Assembly (NCBI GenBank): GCA_030390025.1
Contig: CM059432.1
Location: 110,734,001 to 110,798,000 of the forward strand
From: Squalus acanthias
Lineage: Eukaryota
Direction of reading: 5' to 3'
DNA length: 64,000 nt
A program made the position numbers and the translations under genes. The number at the start of each line of letters is the position of its first letter. Position 1 is the first letter of the stretch. Shown here piece by piece: positions 13,832 through 25,189 of this stretch. The notes beneath the pieces were generated by a model. It worked only from the letters and a program-made list of their open reading frames with translations. It did not search any database and was not told the DNA's origin.

Positions 13832-14573
13832 TCTCCAGACGCCATCCTACAACTCATCAGGAGAACAGCGACCACAACACCATGGCAACCTCTGTAAGAC
13901 ATGTCAGATCATCAACACAGATACCATCATCACACGTGAGGACACTACCCACCAGGTACATGGTACATACTCATGTGACTCGGCCAACGTTGTCTACCTG
14001 ATACGTTGCAGGAAAGGATGCCCCGGAGCATGGTACATCGGCGAGACTATGCAGACACTGAGACAACGTATGAACGGACACCGCGCAACAATCGCCAGGC
14101 AGGATTGATACCTCCCAGTCGGGGAACACTTCAGCAGTCAAGGACATTCAGCCTCGGATCTGCGGGTTAGCGTTCTCCAAGGCGGCCTTCGAGACACACG
14201 ACAACGCAAAATCATCGAGCAGAAACTGATAGCCAAGTTCCGCACCCATGAGGACGGCCTCAATAGGGATCTCGGGTTCATGTCACGCTACAGAACGTGA
14301 CGCGACATCGTTGTCTGTCTTTCCAGTTTAAAAAAAAACACATAAAAAACCCAACCAAAAAAACAAAACAAAAAAAAACAAAAACAAAAAAAAGTTAGGA
14401 GCTCAACTGCAGACGGCAGCATTTGACACGTTGGACCCCCTGTGACCCACCTCATTGTCTTGGCTGTGCTCTGATGTGTCTTTGATGTAGTGCCTTCCTG
14501 ACGGATTGTATCTCTGCAGACAAGTCGCTCTCTGTGTATATATACTGTGTATTAGATTCCCTCACTGTACCTC

Positions 14574-14609
14574 TACCTGACAAAGGGGCAGCAGCTCCGA
14601 AAGCTCGTA
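14574..14609 (+). ncRNA. Minimal type I hammerhead ribozyme motif in the PLE end (core G8 changed to A)
   Basis: TAC/GTA helix I, CTGACAA core, GGGGC/GCTCC helix II, GAAA, palindromic AGCT helix III, UC cleavage site. Confidence 0.7.
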
Positions 14610-15564
14610 ATTTTAAATAAAACTGTTGGACTATAACCTGATGTTGTGCGACTTCTCATTTTTGTCCACCCCAGTCCAACACCGGCATCTCCGCATCATA
14701 TCTATTTATATGCATTAATTGCTTGAATACTCAACACTTAACTTTAAGTTGTGATTTTGTAGTCAATAAATAGTTGTTATTGCATGCCTTGTTGTTTGAC
14801 TTCTTTCTTTATGATTCAAAGGTTGGGATGATAATCTCAAATTTGATGCGAACTGATTAAATGTAAGGCAGTTAGGCGTGCCGACTCAGGCATCATTTAC
14901 CCCTGGCGGTTCCCAGTGAGAAGTTAAGCAAAGGTGTTAAGAATTTGTCTGGTTCCTTGGCAAATATTTGTATCATTACACATATCTATAGAAATGTAAA
15001 TTTTATCAGACAACAAATGGATGATTCTAGTACATCCTCAAGTGAAACTCAAAGTAACAAGTAGAACTGGATACTGCGTTCAAACCCCGATCTCAGTGAC
15101 TGAAGTTTAGCTTGGTATTAAACCACAACTAATATCTAGACTATTTTACTGGTTTCTCTTCAGAACCAGCACACAAAATATAACTTCAAATAATGCTGTT
15201 TGTGCATTGTAAAGAATAAATCTGAAATTTCCATTAAAAAACTTTATAATTCCTATCTTATATATTCAATGTAGCAAATTAATAATTCATGTTGCAAAAC
15301 TGAATGAGATGCCTGATTGGAAACTATTAACGTGAATTATATTGATTTAAGTAATATGTTTATCTCAGTGATTTTTTATTAGCTGACTAATATTATTACC
15401 ATGATGAACTATGTAGCCTATCAGCATGCTGATTATTAATGACGTTCTGTTTATTTTTTATGAAGATTCTGCAGTTTTCTTTGGTTGCTAGAGAGGTTTG
15501 GTCTAATTGTGCACTCTGGGTTTAATTTATGCTCCAGTGAATAGTCCATTTTATGTACTGAATA

Positions 15565-15746
15565 TAGGAACATCGGAACACGAGGAGGCCATTCAGCCCC
15601 TCGAGCCTGTTCCGCCATTCAATTAGATCCTGGCTGATCTGTATCTTAACTCAATTTACCCGCCTTGGTTCCGTAACCCTTAATACCCTTGCCTAACAAA
15701 AATCTAGCAATCTCAGCCTCTACTGCTTTTGGGGAGAGATGTTCCA
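15565..15746 (-). mobile_element. CR1 3' tail fragment
   Basis: ggccattcagcccctcgagcctgttccgccattcaa, the CR1 3'UTR in antisense. Confidence 0.8.
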
Positions 15747-15894
15747 GAGGTACGCAATACAATAGAGAATCAAGCTAAATATAGAAAGTACAGAGGAGAT
15801 CTAAAAAAAGGGAATGGGAGGGACAAAGAGAGAGTATGAAAATAGATTAATGGCTAATATAAAAGGGAACCCAAATATATTTTATAAACATATT

Positions 15895-18120
15895 GGCCTA
15901 GAAATTAGATATCAGTAAAAACCTGTCGGTGCCACCGCTAGCCTCACACACTGTTCAATGCATGACGGCCGCCGAAAATGGTGGCGCTGGCAGAACCGGT
16001 AAATTGGCGCTAATTAACATTAGCCTAGCACTAAACTCACCGTGCAACAGCATTTTCATGCCGTTAGTCCCGGCAGGAGGCCCAATGGAGCATGGCCATA
16101 GCATAATTGCAGCAAAAACAGCCTGCTCTTAAAGCAAGGCTGTCATTTCAGAAACCCATTAAAGGGGAACTGCCTTCTGAAATGAAAATGATAAAAATCA
16201 TGTAAAAATAGGCAGTTTTTAGCCCTTACAGCTCAACTGCCTTCTGAAAATTTTTTACATTAAAAAGAATTCCCAAATGGGAGTCTTCAGTTCTTAAAGC
16301 TGAATTCCCTTCCACACCTAAAAAAATGGAAAAACTGCCTCAGCACTAACACAAATGCCTCAGCAAGCCAGGGAAGGGGCACCCAGGGTCTCGCACGCAG
16401 CACTCCAGCTTTGTGCAGGGTGTCAACATTGCAAGAGAGACCAGGAGGCCCTCCAGAAAGAAGGATGTGGGACCAGATCACCGAGGCCATCACTGCCAGC
16501 AGTGTCGCCCTCATGACCTGGCTCCAGTGCCCAAAGAAGCTTCATGACCTCAGACCACTGGTCAAGGTCAGTGAATGCATCTTCAAAATCTGTCTCCTAC
16601 CAACTGCACCACTAGCCTCACACACTGTTCAATGCATGACCCCCCTCCCCCTGATCACTCACCTACCAACAATCTGTACCAAACATGAGGCACACCTCTC
16701 AATCCTAGGTTCACCTCATCAATTTGGAGGAGATGGTGCTGGCCATTCTTGGCAGGGATATGGCTGAGCCCTTGGCTAGCGGCGGGGCTAAAAGGATATA
16801 AAATGCTGGGATGCTCCTTCTCCCATGCACATCTTGCTTTCCCGCCCTCCTGTCACCACAACTCCACCTTTGTGTCTTCCTCATTTCACACACCCAAGAA
16901 ATCCAGCCTGCCCAGCCAGTGGGTGACCAAGAAGAGGGAGAGGGAGAAGGCAAAGAAGAAGAAGAAGAAAAGAAACACCATCACTCGATTTCACACTCCC
17001 AGCCACCTGCTCCTCCAGCTCGTCCTGCAAGGCCATTTGCAGTGTCCCCCACTGAAAGTCAGCAGCCTTTCAGCAGCCATGCTGCAGCCACTGGGGTAGC
17101 ACTGTGTGACATCAGTAGGATAGGCAAAGGCACACACAAGACAGTCACTAAGGGAATGCATAAGGGTGTTGAGATGATTTCTTGATGTCATATTGGAGGG
17201 ATTGGAAAGTTTGCTTTGTGGTGGCTTTTAATTCAGCATTGTGGCCAATAGGACACTGTGATGGTCAGTAAGAGAGGGAAGGTAAGGTGTGGGGCAAATG
17301 TTGAAAGGGGAATTGGGGTTGTGGTCACTGGCACCACAGGCGGATGATTCCATCCCGGATATCCTGGCCAGAAGGGGCTGTTTGGGATGCATCCTTCCCT
17401 CGGCTTCCTTCTCTTCTGCGTCTTCCTCTTCTGCTTCCTCCTCTTCTGCTTCTTCCTCTTCTGCTTCCTCCTCTTCTGCATCTACCTCTTCTGCATCTTC
17501 CTCTTCCCTCTGCGAGCGGATGCTGTAAAGCCGAAATAAAAGCAGAAAATTCTGGAAATACTCAGCAGGTCAGGCAGCATCTCTACCTGAAACGTTAACT
17601 CTGTTTTTCTCTCCACGGATGCTACCCGACCTGCTGAGAATTTCCAGCATTTTCTGTCTTCTCAGGAGGCCTTCCTTCACCATCTGAGGCCTTGCAAGCA
17701 TCCAGCAGCATTCCCTGCACACTTCAAAAACTTTCAACAGCTATTGCACCAAACCACTACTTCAACAAAATACAAAAAATCCAGTCCAAAAGCTTAAATG
17801 CAAACTTTCCTGAAAGATGTGTGTGTCCCTTTAAGAAGTGCTGAGAGCCGCTCTGTCAGTCTGCTGCACGTTTGTTTTTCAGAGCAAGCTTAGGACCCAG
17901 CGATAAACTCAGCACTAAGGTCGAAGTTCACAGAGCGTGATGTAAAATTGGTGTGCATGTCATGCTCTCTCCATTTGCATCTCCTGGGCCAGCGCTGCTA
18001 CCGGCAGCGGTAAGGCCCTCACCAAAATGGCAGCCCGGGTCCCGCGCCAGAGAAGGGCGTTAGCGTGGCGGCCGCCATTTTTTGCCACAATTCCAGCGCT
18101 AACGGGCCAATTTCTGGGCC
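15895..18120 (+). mobile_element. Non-autonomous Harbinger/PIF element, about 2.2 kb
   Basis: TIRs GGCCTAGAAATT / AATTTCTGGGCC; imperfect 3-bp TSD (ATT/TTT); Myb remnant RRMWDQITEAITASSVALMTWLQCPKKLHDL. Confidence 0.85.
17400..17510. repeat. Degenerate 15-mer tandem repeat (cttcctcctcttctg)n from the acidic transposase tail
   Basis: About 7 imperfect units; comparable tracts at 1985-2045 and 20735-20775. Confidence 0.7.
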
Positions 18121-18801
18121 TTTAATAGTGGACGAGTAGTCAAAGGAAGGTTGGGATCAGTTAGCGACCAAAAAGGAGATGATCTTGTGGAGGCAGAGGG
18201 CATAGCTGCTGTACTAAATGAGCACTTTGCATCTGTCTTCACTAGAGAAGAGGATGCTGCCAATGTAGCAGTAAAGAAGGAGGCAGTAGAGATAGTGGCT
18301 AGGATAAAAATAGACAAAGAGGAGGTACTTAAAAGGTTGGCAGTCCTCAAAGTAGAAAAGTCACCCAGTCCGGATGGGATGCATCCTAGGTTACTGAGGG
18401 AAGTAAGGGTTGAAATTGCAGAGGCTCTGGCCACAATCTTCCAATCCTCATGAGATATGGGAGTGGTGCCAGAGGACTGGAGGATTGCAAATGTTACACC
18501 CGTGTTCAAAAGAGGGGAGAGGGTTAAACCCGGCAGAGAAATTCAGTTTTATTGCCCCAAGAGGGAAGCGGAGTGCTAAATCAAGCGCTACACACTCCTC
18601 TTAGGGCGCTAATGTTGGAGAGCGGGGTGCTACTGCAGAGCGCTACTCAAGTTCCGGCGCTGTCAATTACACGTGCTCAGACAGACTGGCGCCTTCCAGT
18701 TCTTAAAGGGAAGGGTCCATCATGCTGCACAGCCTCATTCTGATCATTGCAGCTTCTGAACTGGGCCTGCAAGGAGCTGCAATCCATCAACCACAAATCT
18801 C

Positions 18802-20355
18802 ATGGCTGATCAGAGGCCCAGGGAGCGAGCTCGCCGGTTCAGCGACCAGGCTTTGGAGGCTCTGGTCGCGGCTGTGGAACGCCGATGGGCAGCGCTCTTC
18901 CCGGACACTGGCAGGATGCCATTGCCACAGGACTTCAGGAGGATGTGGAGGGAAGTCGCCCAGTACATCTCGGCCAGAAGTGTGGTCCACAGGACTCCCA
19001 CCCAGTGCCGCAAGACCTCACTCGGGTAGCTACATCCCACCATCTCAACCTCACTCTGTGCACAGATGGTGTAAACCGACAAATCCCCAACACTCACCCA
19101 CCAACTATGCCCACCTACTAAAAGTCACATCCACATCTCACGCCTTGCATACATTAACAGCTATTCAACTATGGTAGGCACATCTGCCAAACACATGGCT
19201 CCCTTCCTGCCCCCCTCCCCTGACGTTAAACCCACTCTTGTGCCTCAATGCTTTCAGATAATCAGCCACCATCTGACCAGCCTGTCCCTCAACCTCCCAG
19301 TGGTAGCGACGCGGGAGAAGAGGAGGAACACCAAGCCGGAGCCTCACTGCCTGTGTCTCCTGAGGGTGAGACATTGGATAATGGGGCCACACGGTCGCTG
19401 GAGGAGAGCCTAGTACATGGGTCTGATGTTTGAAGCTCCGGGACCCAGCGGCTGCAGCAACGCCACGGGGAAAGGGAAGCTTGGGGGCCATCTCCCTGGA
19501 GGGTGAGTTCATGCACGAGTTCTGCTGCACAGGACTCAGAGGAGGACCTCGACGTCGAGGCGATGGCCACACGGGCGATGAGCATGCACATCAAGCTCAA
19601 GGGTGCAATGGTAAGGGTGCCCGAGAGCATGGATGCACTGGCTAGGAGCGTGGAGGAGTCCACCTCCAGCATTGCACTCATCTCTGCGCAAACCATCGAG
19701 CCCATCCTTGGCACTTTGCAGAGGATGGTCGACTCGCAGAGAGACCGTGGGGACCCAGACCTCATGCCGCGTGTCATGGGTGAGGTGGCAGCAGCTATTG
19801 CAGCCCAGGCCGAAGCAATGCAATGGATTAGTGCTGTAATGGAGTCAGTGGTTGGTGCCATCCAGTTTCAGACTGCTCTCATGCAGTCTCAGATTGATGC
19901 CACGTAAGTGCTGACTGCTGCCATCATCGCTGGGTCGCCCACGGTCCACCGGGGATCACGGTGCCGCAGCAGGCCGGCAATCTGTGCTCGAGCAGATTGC
20001 TCCGGATGTTGAGGTTCTGCCCTGGGGGAGTGGCAGTGTGTCAGTCAAGCAGGAAGGTGTTGTCCTCTCTCAGGATGACAGCATTCCTGCTCCCACCACT
20101 GCCACTCTGCCATTGCACTTGCCGCAGCCTGTAACCCAGCCATCCCAGACTGCTGCCGCCTATGCTCAGGTGGTGCAGTCTACAGCCAGGCCCTCCAGGC
20201 CCAGAGCTGGTCGAGGGCGTCCTGCAAGGCCAGACTCAGCAGCCTTCTGCCAGCCTTGCTGCAGCCACTGGGGCCACATTATGGAGGCGCAGTAGGTTTG
20301 GGAGGGGGGAATTGCGAATGGGAGGGAAATCATTGAGGAAGGACCAGTAAATAAA
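18802..20355 (+). pseudogene. Harbinger Myb/SANT-like DNA-binding protein, disrupted
   Basis: [46 protein letters not shown]; 10-bp deletion of KFN codons versus the 37085 copy; acceptor ctttcag near 19257; downstream stops and frameshifts; AATAAA at 20350. Confidence 0.8.
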
Positions 20356-20652
20356 ATGTTAATAGCAAATGGGGGGAGTGTGTGTACAAAAGTTGATGTG
20401 TTTGTAAATATATTGTTCAGTTTGGTAAGAAATAGTTCCATTTGCTAAGAACCAGTTGTGTCTGTTCATAAATTGTTGTGTTTATTTATTATTGGTTGTG
20501 TTTGATAAGAGAGAGTTGTGCAGAATAATAAATGTTTATTGTGATGTAGCAAATTTTGTGATGTTTCTCATTTGAGCTTTGCCCGGTGATAGGGGCTGCG
20601 AGCTGGCTGTAATGATGTGGTTGTTCTGCGCAAACGCCATGTGCTCTCTCAT

Positions 20653-20736
20653 TTATTGGAAGCGCTGTGTAATGAGGTGTTCACGACCGGCCCTTGCAGA
20701 AGCAAGATTGAGTGGGTCCCTACTCCATTGCTGCTG

Positions 20737-20767
<31 letters not shown>

Positions 20768-21807
20768 TCCTCCTGGGGTGGACCTGCAATCCCTGGTGGC
20801 AATGGCTGGGCCCTCAGAATTGCGAGGTTGTACAGCATGCAGCACACAACTATGAAAACGGAGACTCGATCAGGGGAGTACTGCAGGGCTCCTCCAGAGC
20901 GGTCAAGGCAGTGGAATTGTTGCTTTAGCACCCCGATAGTCAGTTCGATCAGGTTCCTGGTGGCGCTTTGGCTCTCATTGTATGCATGCTGAGCAGGAGT
21001 GTTGGGGTTGCGGAGGGGTGTCATCAGCCAGGTGGCGAGTGGATAACCCTTGTCTCCGAGCAGCCAGCCGCGAGCTTCATGTGGTATTTGGAGCAGTGCT
21101 GGGACACCAGTCTGTCGTAGGAGGAATGAATCGTGGCTGCTGCCAGGATAGCGGGCATTGATGGTGAGGATGCGCTGTCTGTGGTCACACACCAACTGCA
21201 CGTTCAGAGAGTGGAAGCCTTTGCGGTTGCGGAGCACCTCTGCATTGTGATGAGGTGCCCGCAATGCCATGTGGGTGCAGTCAATGGTGCCCTGAACCAT
21301 GGGGAAGCCCACTATCCTTGCAAAGCCACATGAGTGCTCATGCTGTTTGTCTCTGGTCATGGGGAATGAGATGTACTCCCTTCTCCTTCTGTAGAGAGCA
21401 TCTGTTACCTCCTGGATACAGCAATGGACGGCGAACTGTGAAATGTTTGCAATATCCCCTGTTGAAGCTTGGAAGGAGCTGCTGGTGTAGAAATTGAGAG
21501 CGACTGTGACCTTCACTGCCACTGAGAGAGACGTCCTGGTCCTGAGCTGAGGCTGGAGCTCTGGCTGCAGGAGGTGGCAGAGCTCTGTGACCACCTCCTT
21601 ACTGAAGTGGAGCCTTCGAAGGCACTGCTGCTCTGAGAGATGAATGTAGGAGAACTGCTCCCGGAATACTCTGGGAGGGTAAGGCCTCCTGTTGAGAGCC
21701 CTGTTGGCCCTCCTCCCTCTGGCCACATTTTCCAATCTTTCTCTCTGCCTCCGCTGCCTCCGATGGTGAAGCTGGAGGGCGCGGTCCCGTGCCAGTACAG
21801 CCCCCAT
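20653..21807 (-). CDS. Harbinger/PIF DDE transposase (HARBI1-like), intact, about 384 aa from the first ATG
   Basis: Uninterrupted ORF with GTIDCTH, NRKGFHSLNVQLVCD, YPGSSHDS, LLGDKGYP and RNLIELTIGVLK; the track start at 21834 is TTG, first ATG at 21807. Confidence 0.92.
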
Positions 21808-22272
21808 TAAGTGTTGGAAATGTTGCAGTATCAAAAGTAAGACAAATGAACCTGCTAAATTTTTGTCAGGAGCAAAACTCCTTCAAGCAGGTAAACCTCA
21901 AATGGGTCAAAACGCCTGTCTGCTTCTGTCAAAGTGACAGCGTTGTTTGCCGACAAAAAAACCAGGAAATGCGCACCTTTACATAGTGCTCCTGCAACTC
22001 CCAGTCGACTGCAAACCGCCTCCTCTACCTGTCGTTCCTAACGGCAGGCGCTGAGGCAGGGGGCGAGAATGAATTTCAATCTGGGGCAATGTGCTACCGG
22101 GGTGATGCATGGCTGGATGACGTCATGATCTCCAGGCACAGGAGATCATGGTGGTAGTGTTTAGCGCCACTGCAAATTGGCAGGTGAATTTCGCCGGTGG
22201 TACTAACATCGCTGCGCCCGGCCGGAAAGTGGTTAGCGCCCCCGCAGGCACTAACCATCCGAATTTCTCCCC

Positions 22273-23002
22273 TGTTGTATTCTCCTCACAGCTTACTGTC
22301 CCACCTAGCTTTGTATCGTCAGCAAACTGTGATACATTACGCTCAGTCCCTTCATCTAGGTCATTAATATAGATTGTGAATAGCTGAGGCTCCAACACTG
22401 ATCCTTGCGGCACCCCACTAGTTACAACCTGCCAACCTGAAAAAGACCCGTTTATCCCTACTCTCTATGTTCTGTCCATTAACCAATCCTCTATCCATGC
22501 TACTATATTACCCCTAATCCCACGTGCCCTAATCTTGTGTAATAACCTTTTATGTGGCACCTTATCGAATGCCTTTTGGAAATCCAAAAATACTACATCC
22601 ACTGGTTCCCCTTTATCTACCGTGCTAGTTACATCCTCAAAAAACTCTAATAAATTTGTCAAACATGATTTCCCTTTCATAAAACCCTGCTGACTCTGCC
22701 TAATCGTGTTATGATTTTCTAAGTGCCCTGATAACACTTCCTTAACACTAATGGGACTAAAAGCCAACAAATCCCCTGGACCTGACGGCCTACATCCTAG
22801 GGTTCTAAAAGAGGTAGCTGCAGAGATAGTGGATGCATTAGTTGTCATTTTCCAAAATTCCCTAGATTTTGGAATGGTCCCAGCGGATTGGAAGGTCACA
22901 AATGTAACCCCGCTATTCAAGAAAGGAGGGAGAGAAAAAACAGGGAACTACAGGCCAGTTAGCCTGACATCAGTCGTTGGGAAAACACTGGAATCCATTG
23001 TT
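22273..23002 (-). mobile_element. CR1 RT fragment with an inverted 5' segment (22749-23002 on +)
   Basis: Minus part [21 protein letters not shown]; plus part MGLKANKSPGPDG..KTLESIV; the two are contiguous in CR1 ORF2. Confidence 0.85.
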
Positions 23003-23087
23003 GGATAGCTCTTTGAAAGAGCCAGCACAGGAACGATGGGTCGAATGACCTCCTTCTGTGCTATATCATTCTTTGATTCTATGATTG
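23003..23087 (+). mobile_element. CR1 3' tail
   Basis: ggatagctctttgaaagagcc...gattctatgatt, like 48303-48382 and 55915-55980. Confidence 0.75.
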
Positions 23088-23839
23088 TAGATCTGTCTCT
23101 GGGATAGAGCCATGCAACCATTCAATCCCAGAGAAAGCTCGGTTTCTCTGCCGCTATGGATGCTGGGTAAGGAGCTCCCCATTTCACAAAAGCTGTTCCT
23201 TTCACAAAACCCACTGCCACCTCGCGCTGACCTGCGTGTCCCGTGTTTTAAGTTGTAAAAGGGTTTGGTGCATTGAAGGCTGTTGTAGTTCGTAATTTGC
23301 GAGTGCTCGTGGTTTCAGAGTGCCTCTTGTATATTTTACCATGTAAGTTATTTGGGTCTCTCAGTAAGTGTCTGTTTTTTGCAGGTGTCCGTTTTTTGAG
23401 AGTGTCCCTTTATACAGGCTTCACTGTACATAGAAATTACAACACAGAAACAGGCCATTCTGCCCAATCAATCTGTACTGGTGTTTACCCTCCATATGAG
23501 CAACAACCTAAGTAGGTAAATTATACAAAATTTGGAATCAATAATAACTTCACTCATCAATTCTCATGTGCACCAACAGACAATTCCATCTGCAAAATCT
23601 AACCACAGTACTCCAAAGCAGTTAGTTTCTACATTTAATAACAATATGAATGATTACTGTACTGTATTAAACCATTTTTATTTCATGTCTAAAGTCTTCA
23701 ATGCAGGTTTGGAAGCAAGTGTTAAAACCCACCAAGGGTGGAACTGTTATAAATCAGTTTTGTTACTTTTGATAATTACTGATATCTCCTATAGCTTTCT
23801 GCACGTGACATCAAGAAATGGCTGAGTGCAGTTGACACA

Positions 23840-24680
23840 ACAAAGGCTACGGTAAGGAATCCGAGTAAAACATAAAGCAATGGGGATCCAAACGTGGAGA
23901 GACAGTGACTGGAGTCACACTTGATAGCAAGGAAAATGCTTGTGGTTTTTGGAGGCCAATCATCTCAGCCCTAGCCTAACCAGCTCCCCATGACATTCAA
24001 TGCGATTACCATCGCTGAGTCCATCATCAATATCCTGGGGGTCACCATTGACCCAAAACTCAAGTGGAACAGCTGCATAAATGCCATGGCTACTAGAGTA
24101 GATCAGAGGCTAGGTATTCTTCAGTGAGTGTCTCACTTCCTGACTCCCCAAATCCTCCCCAGCTCTTGCAAGGCACAAGTCAGTAGTGTAGTGGAATACT
24201 CTCCACTTGCCTGGATGGGTGTAACTGTAATAACAGTCAAGAAGCTCGATACTATCCAGGAGAAAGCAGTCCACTTGATCGGTACTTCATCCACCACCTT
24301 AAACATTCACTCCCTCCACCACCGTCGTACCGTGGCTGCAGTGTGTACCATCTACAAGATGCACTGCAGCAACTCGTCAAGGCTTCTTCGGCAGCACCTC
24401 CCAAACCCGCGGCCTCTTCCACCTAGAAGGACAAGGGCAGCAGGCGCATGGGAACACCATCACCTCCAAGTTCACCTCCAAGTCACACACCATCCTGACT
24501 TAGGAGATATATTGCCATTCCTTCATCGTCACTGGGTCAAAATCCTGAAACTCACTCCCTAACAGCACTGTTGGAGTACCTTCATCATACGGAATGTAGC
24601 GGTTTAAAAGAAGGCCCACCAAGGACAAGGAGGGACAGGTAATAAATGTCGGTCTTACCAGTGAAGCCCACGTCCTGAAA
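23840..24680 (+). mobile_element. Decayed 3' part of a CR1/L2-group LINE (same family as 40510-44340)
   Basis: VEYSPLAWM..LNIHSLHHRRTVAAVCTIYKMHC. Confidence 0.85.
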
Positions 24681-25189
24681 GAATAACTTTAAACAATTTT
24701 CCCGCCATGGTATTATCACATGACTATTACTTACTCCATGTGACTTTAGACAACCCCTTCGTCTTCGTTTGTGTTAAACTTACGAAATATATGTAGGTAT
24801 GTATGAACATGTAGTGAGGCTTCATTACATTGGCAACATGACATTACAAAACAACAGTGTTGAAACTGTGCATCTTATCCTTTGTGAAGAAATTTTAATC
24901 AATTGTGACGGATGGTTAAGATAAATGAAAACAGTTCAAAGGACCTAAAGCAAAAACTAGGAATGCTGCTCTGCCTCATTAGGCACCATTTGTACAATAG
25001 AAATACAAAATGGATGCATAACGTTTCTCTGAATATTCAATTGACATTCAGCTGTAAAAGTAAGAGATTCATTTTTAAATTCCATTTCTCAATGTATCAG
25101 CACTTTCGTTCTGTTATAGATGCCACTGCTGTATTCTGCAAATCCCTTCTGCCTCATGGGTTTGACAGTCTTACATGATTACATCCACA

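Larger units (their letters stand above)
12160..14696. mobile_element. Penelope-like retroelement with inverted arms and 14-bp TSD
   Basis: TSD CATATCTATTTATA at 12146-12159 and 14697-14710; 12160-12960 is the reverse complement of 13859-14664; extra ~33-nt tail on the right arm only. Confidence 0.95.
15747..18535 (+). mobile_element. CR1 ORF2 fragment (15747-15894 and 18121-18535) split by a Harbinger insertion
   Basis: ENRLMANIKGNPNIFYKHI resumes at 18121 and runs to VLNEHFASVFT..KSPSPDGMHPRLL. Confidence 0.85.
18536..22272. mobile_element. Near-complete Harbinger/PIF DNA transposon with convergent Myb/SANT and transposase genes
   Basis: Partial left TIR GAGAAATTCAG (18536) and right TIR CCGAATTTCTCCCC (22259-22272); two convergent genes with poly(A) signals between them. 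Confidence 0.9.

Noticed and set aside
13491..14108. 205-aa + strand ORF ending in a GIY-YIG motif
   Set aside because: Chimera of antisense RT and the inverted Penelope arm across the fold-back junction
17400..17510. Tandem repeats as a possible CRISPR-like array
   Set aside because: No unique spacers; low-complexity acidic-codon repeat in eukaryotic DNA
20653..21834. Calling the transposase the host gene HARBI1
   Set aside because: It lies inside TIRs beside a Myb partner and has decayed paralogues in the window, so it is a transposon copy
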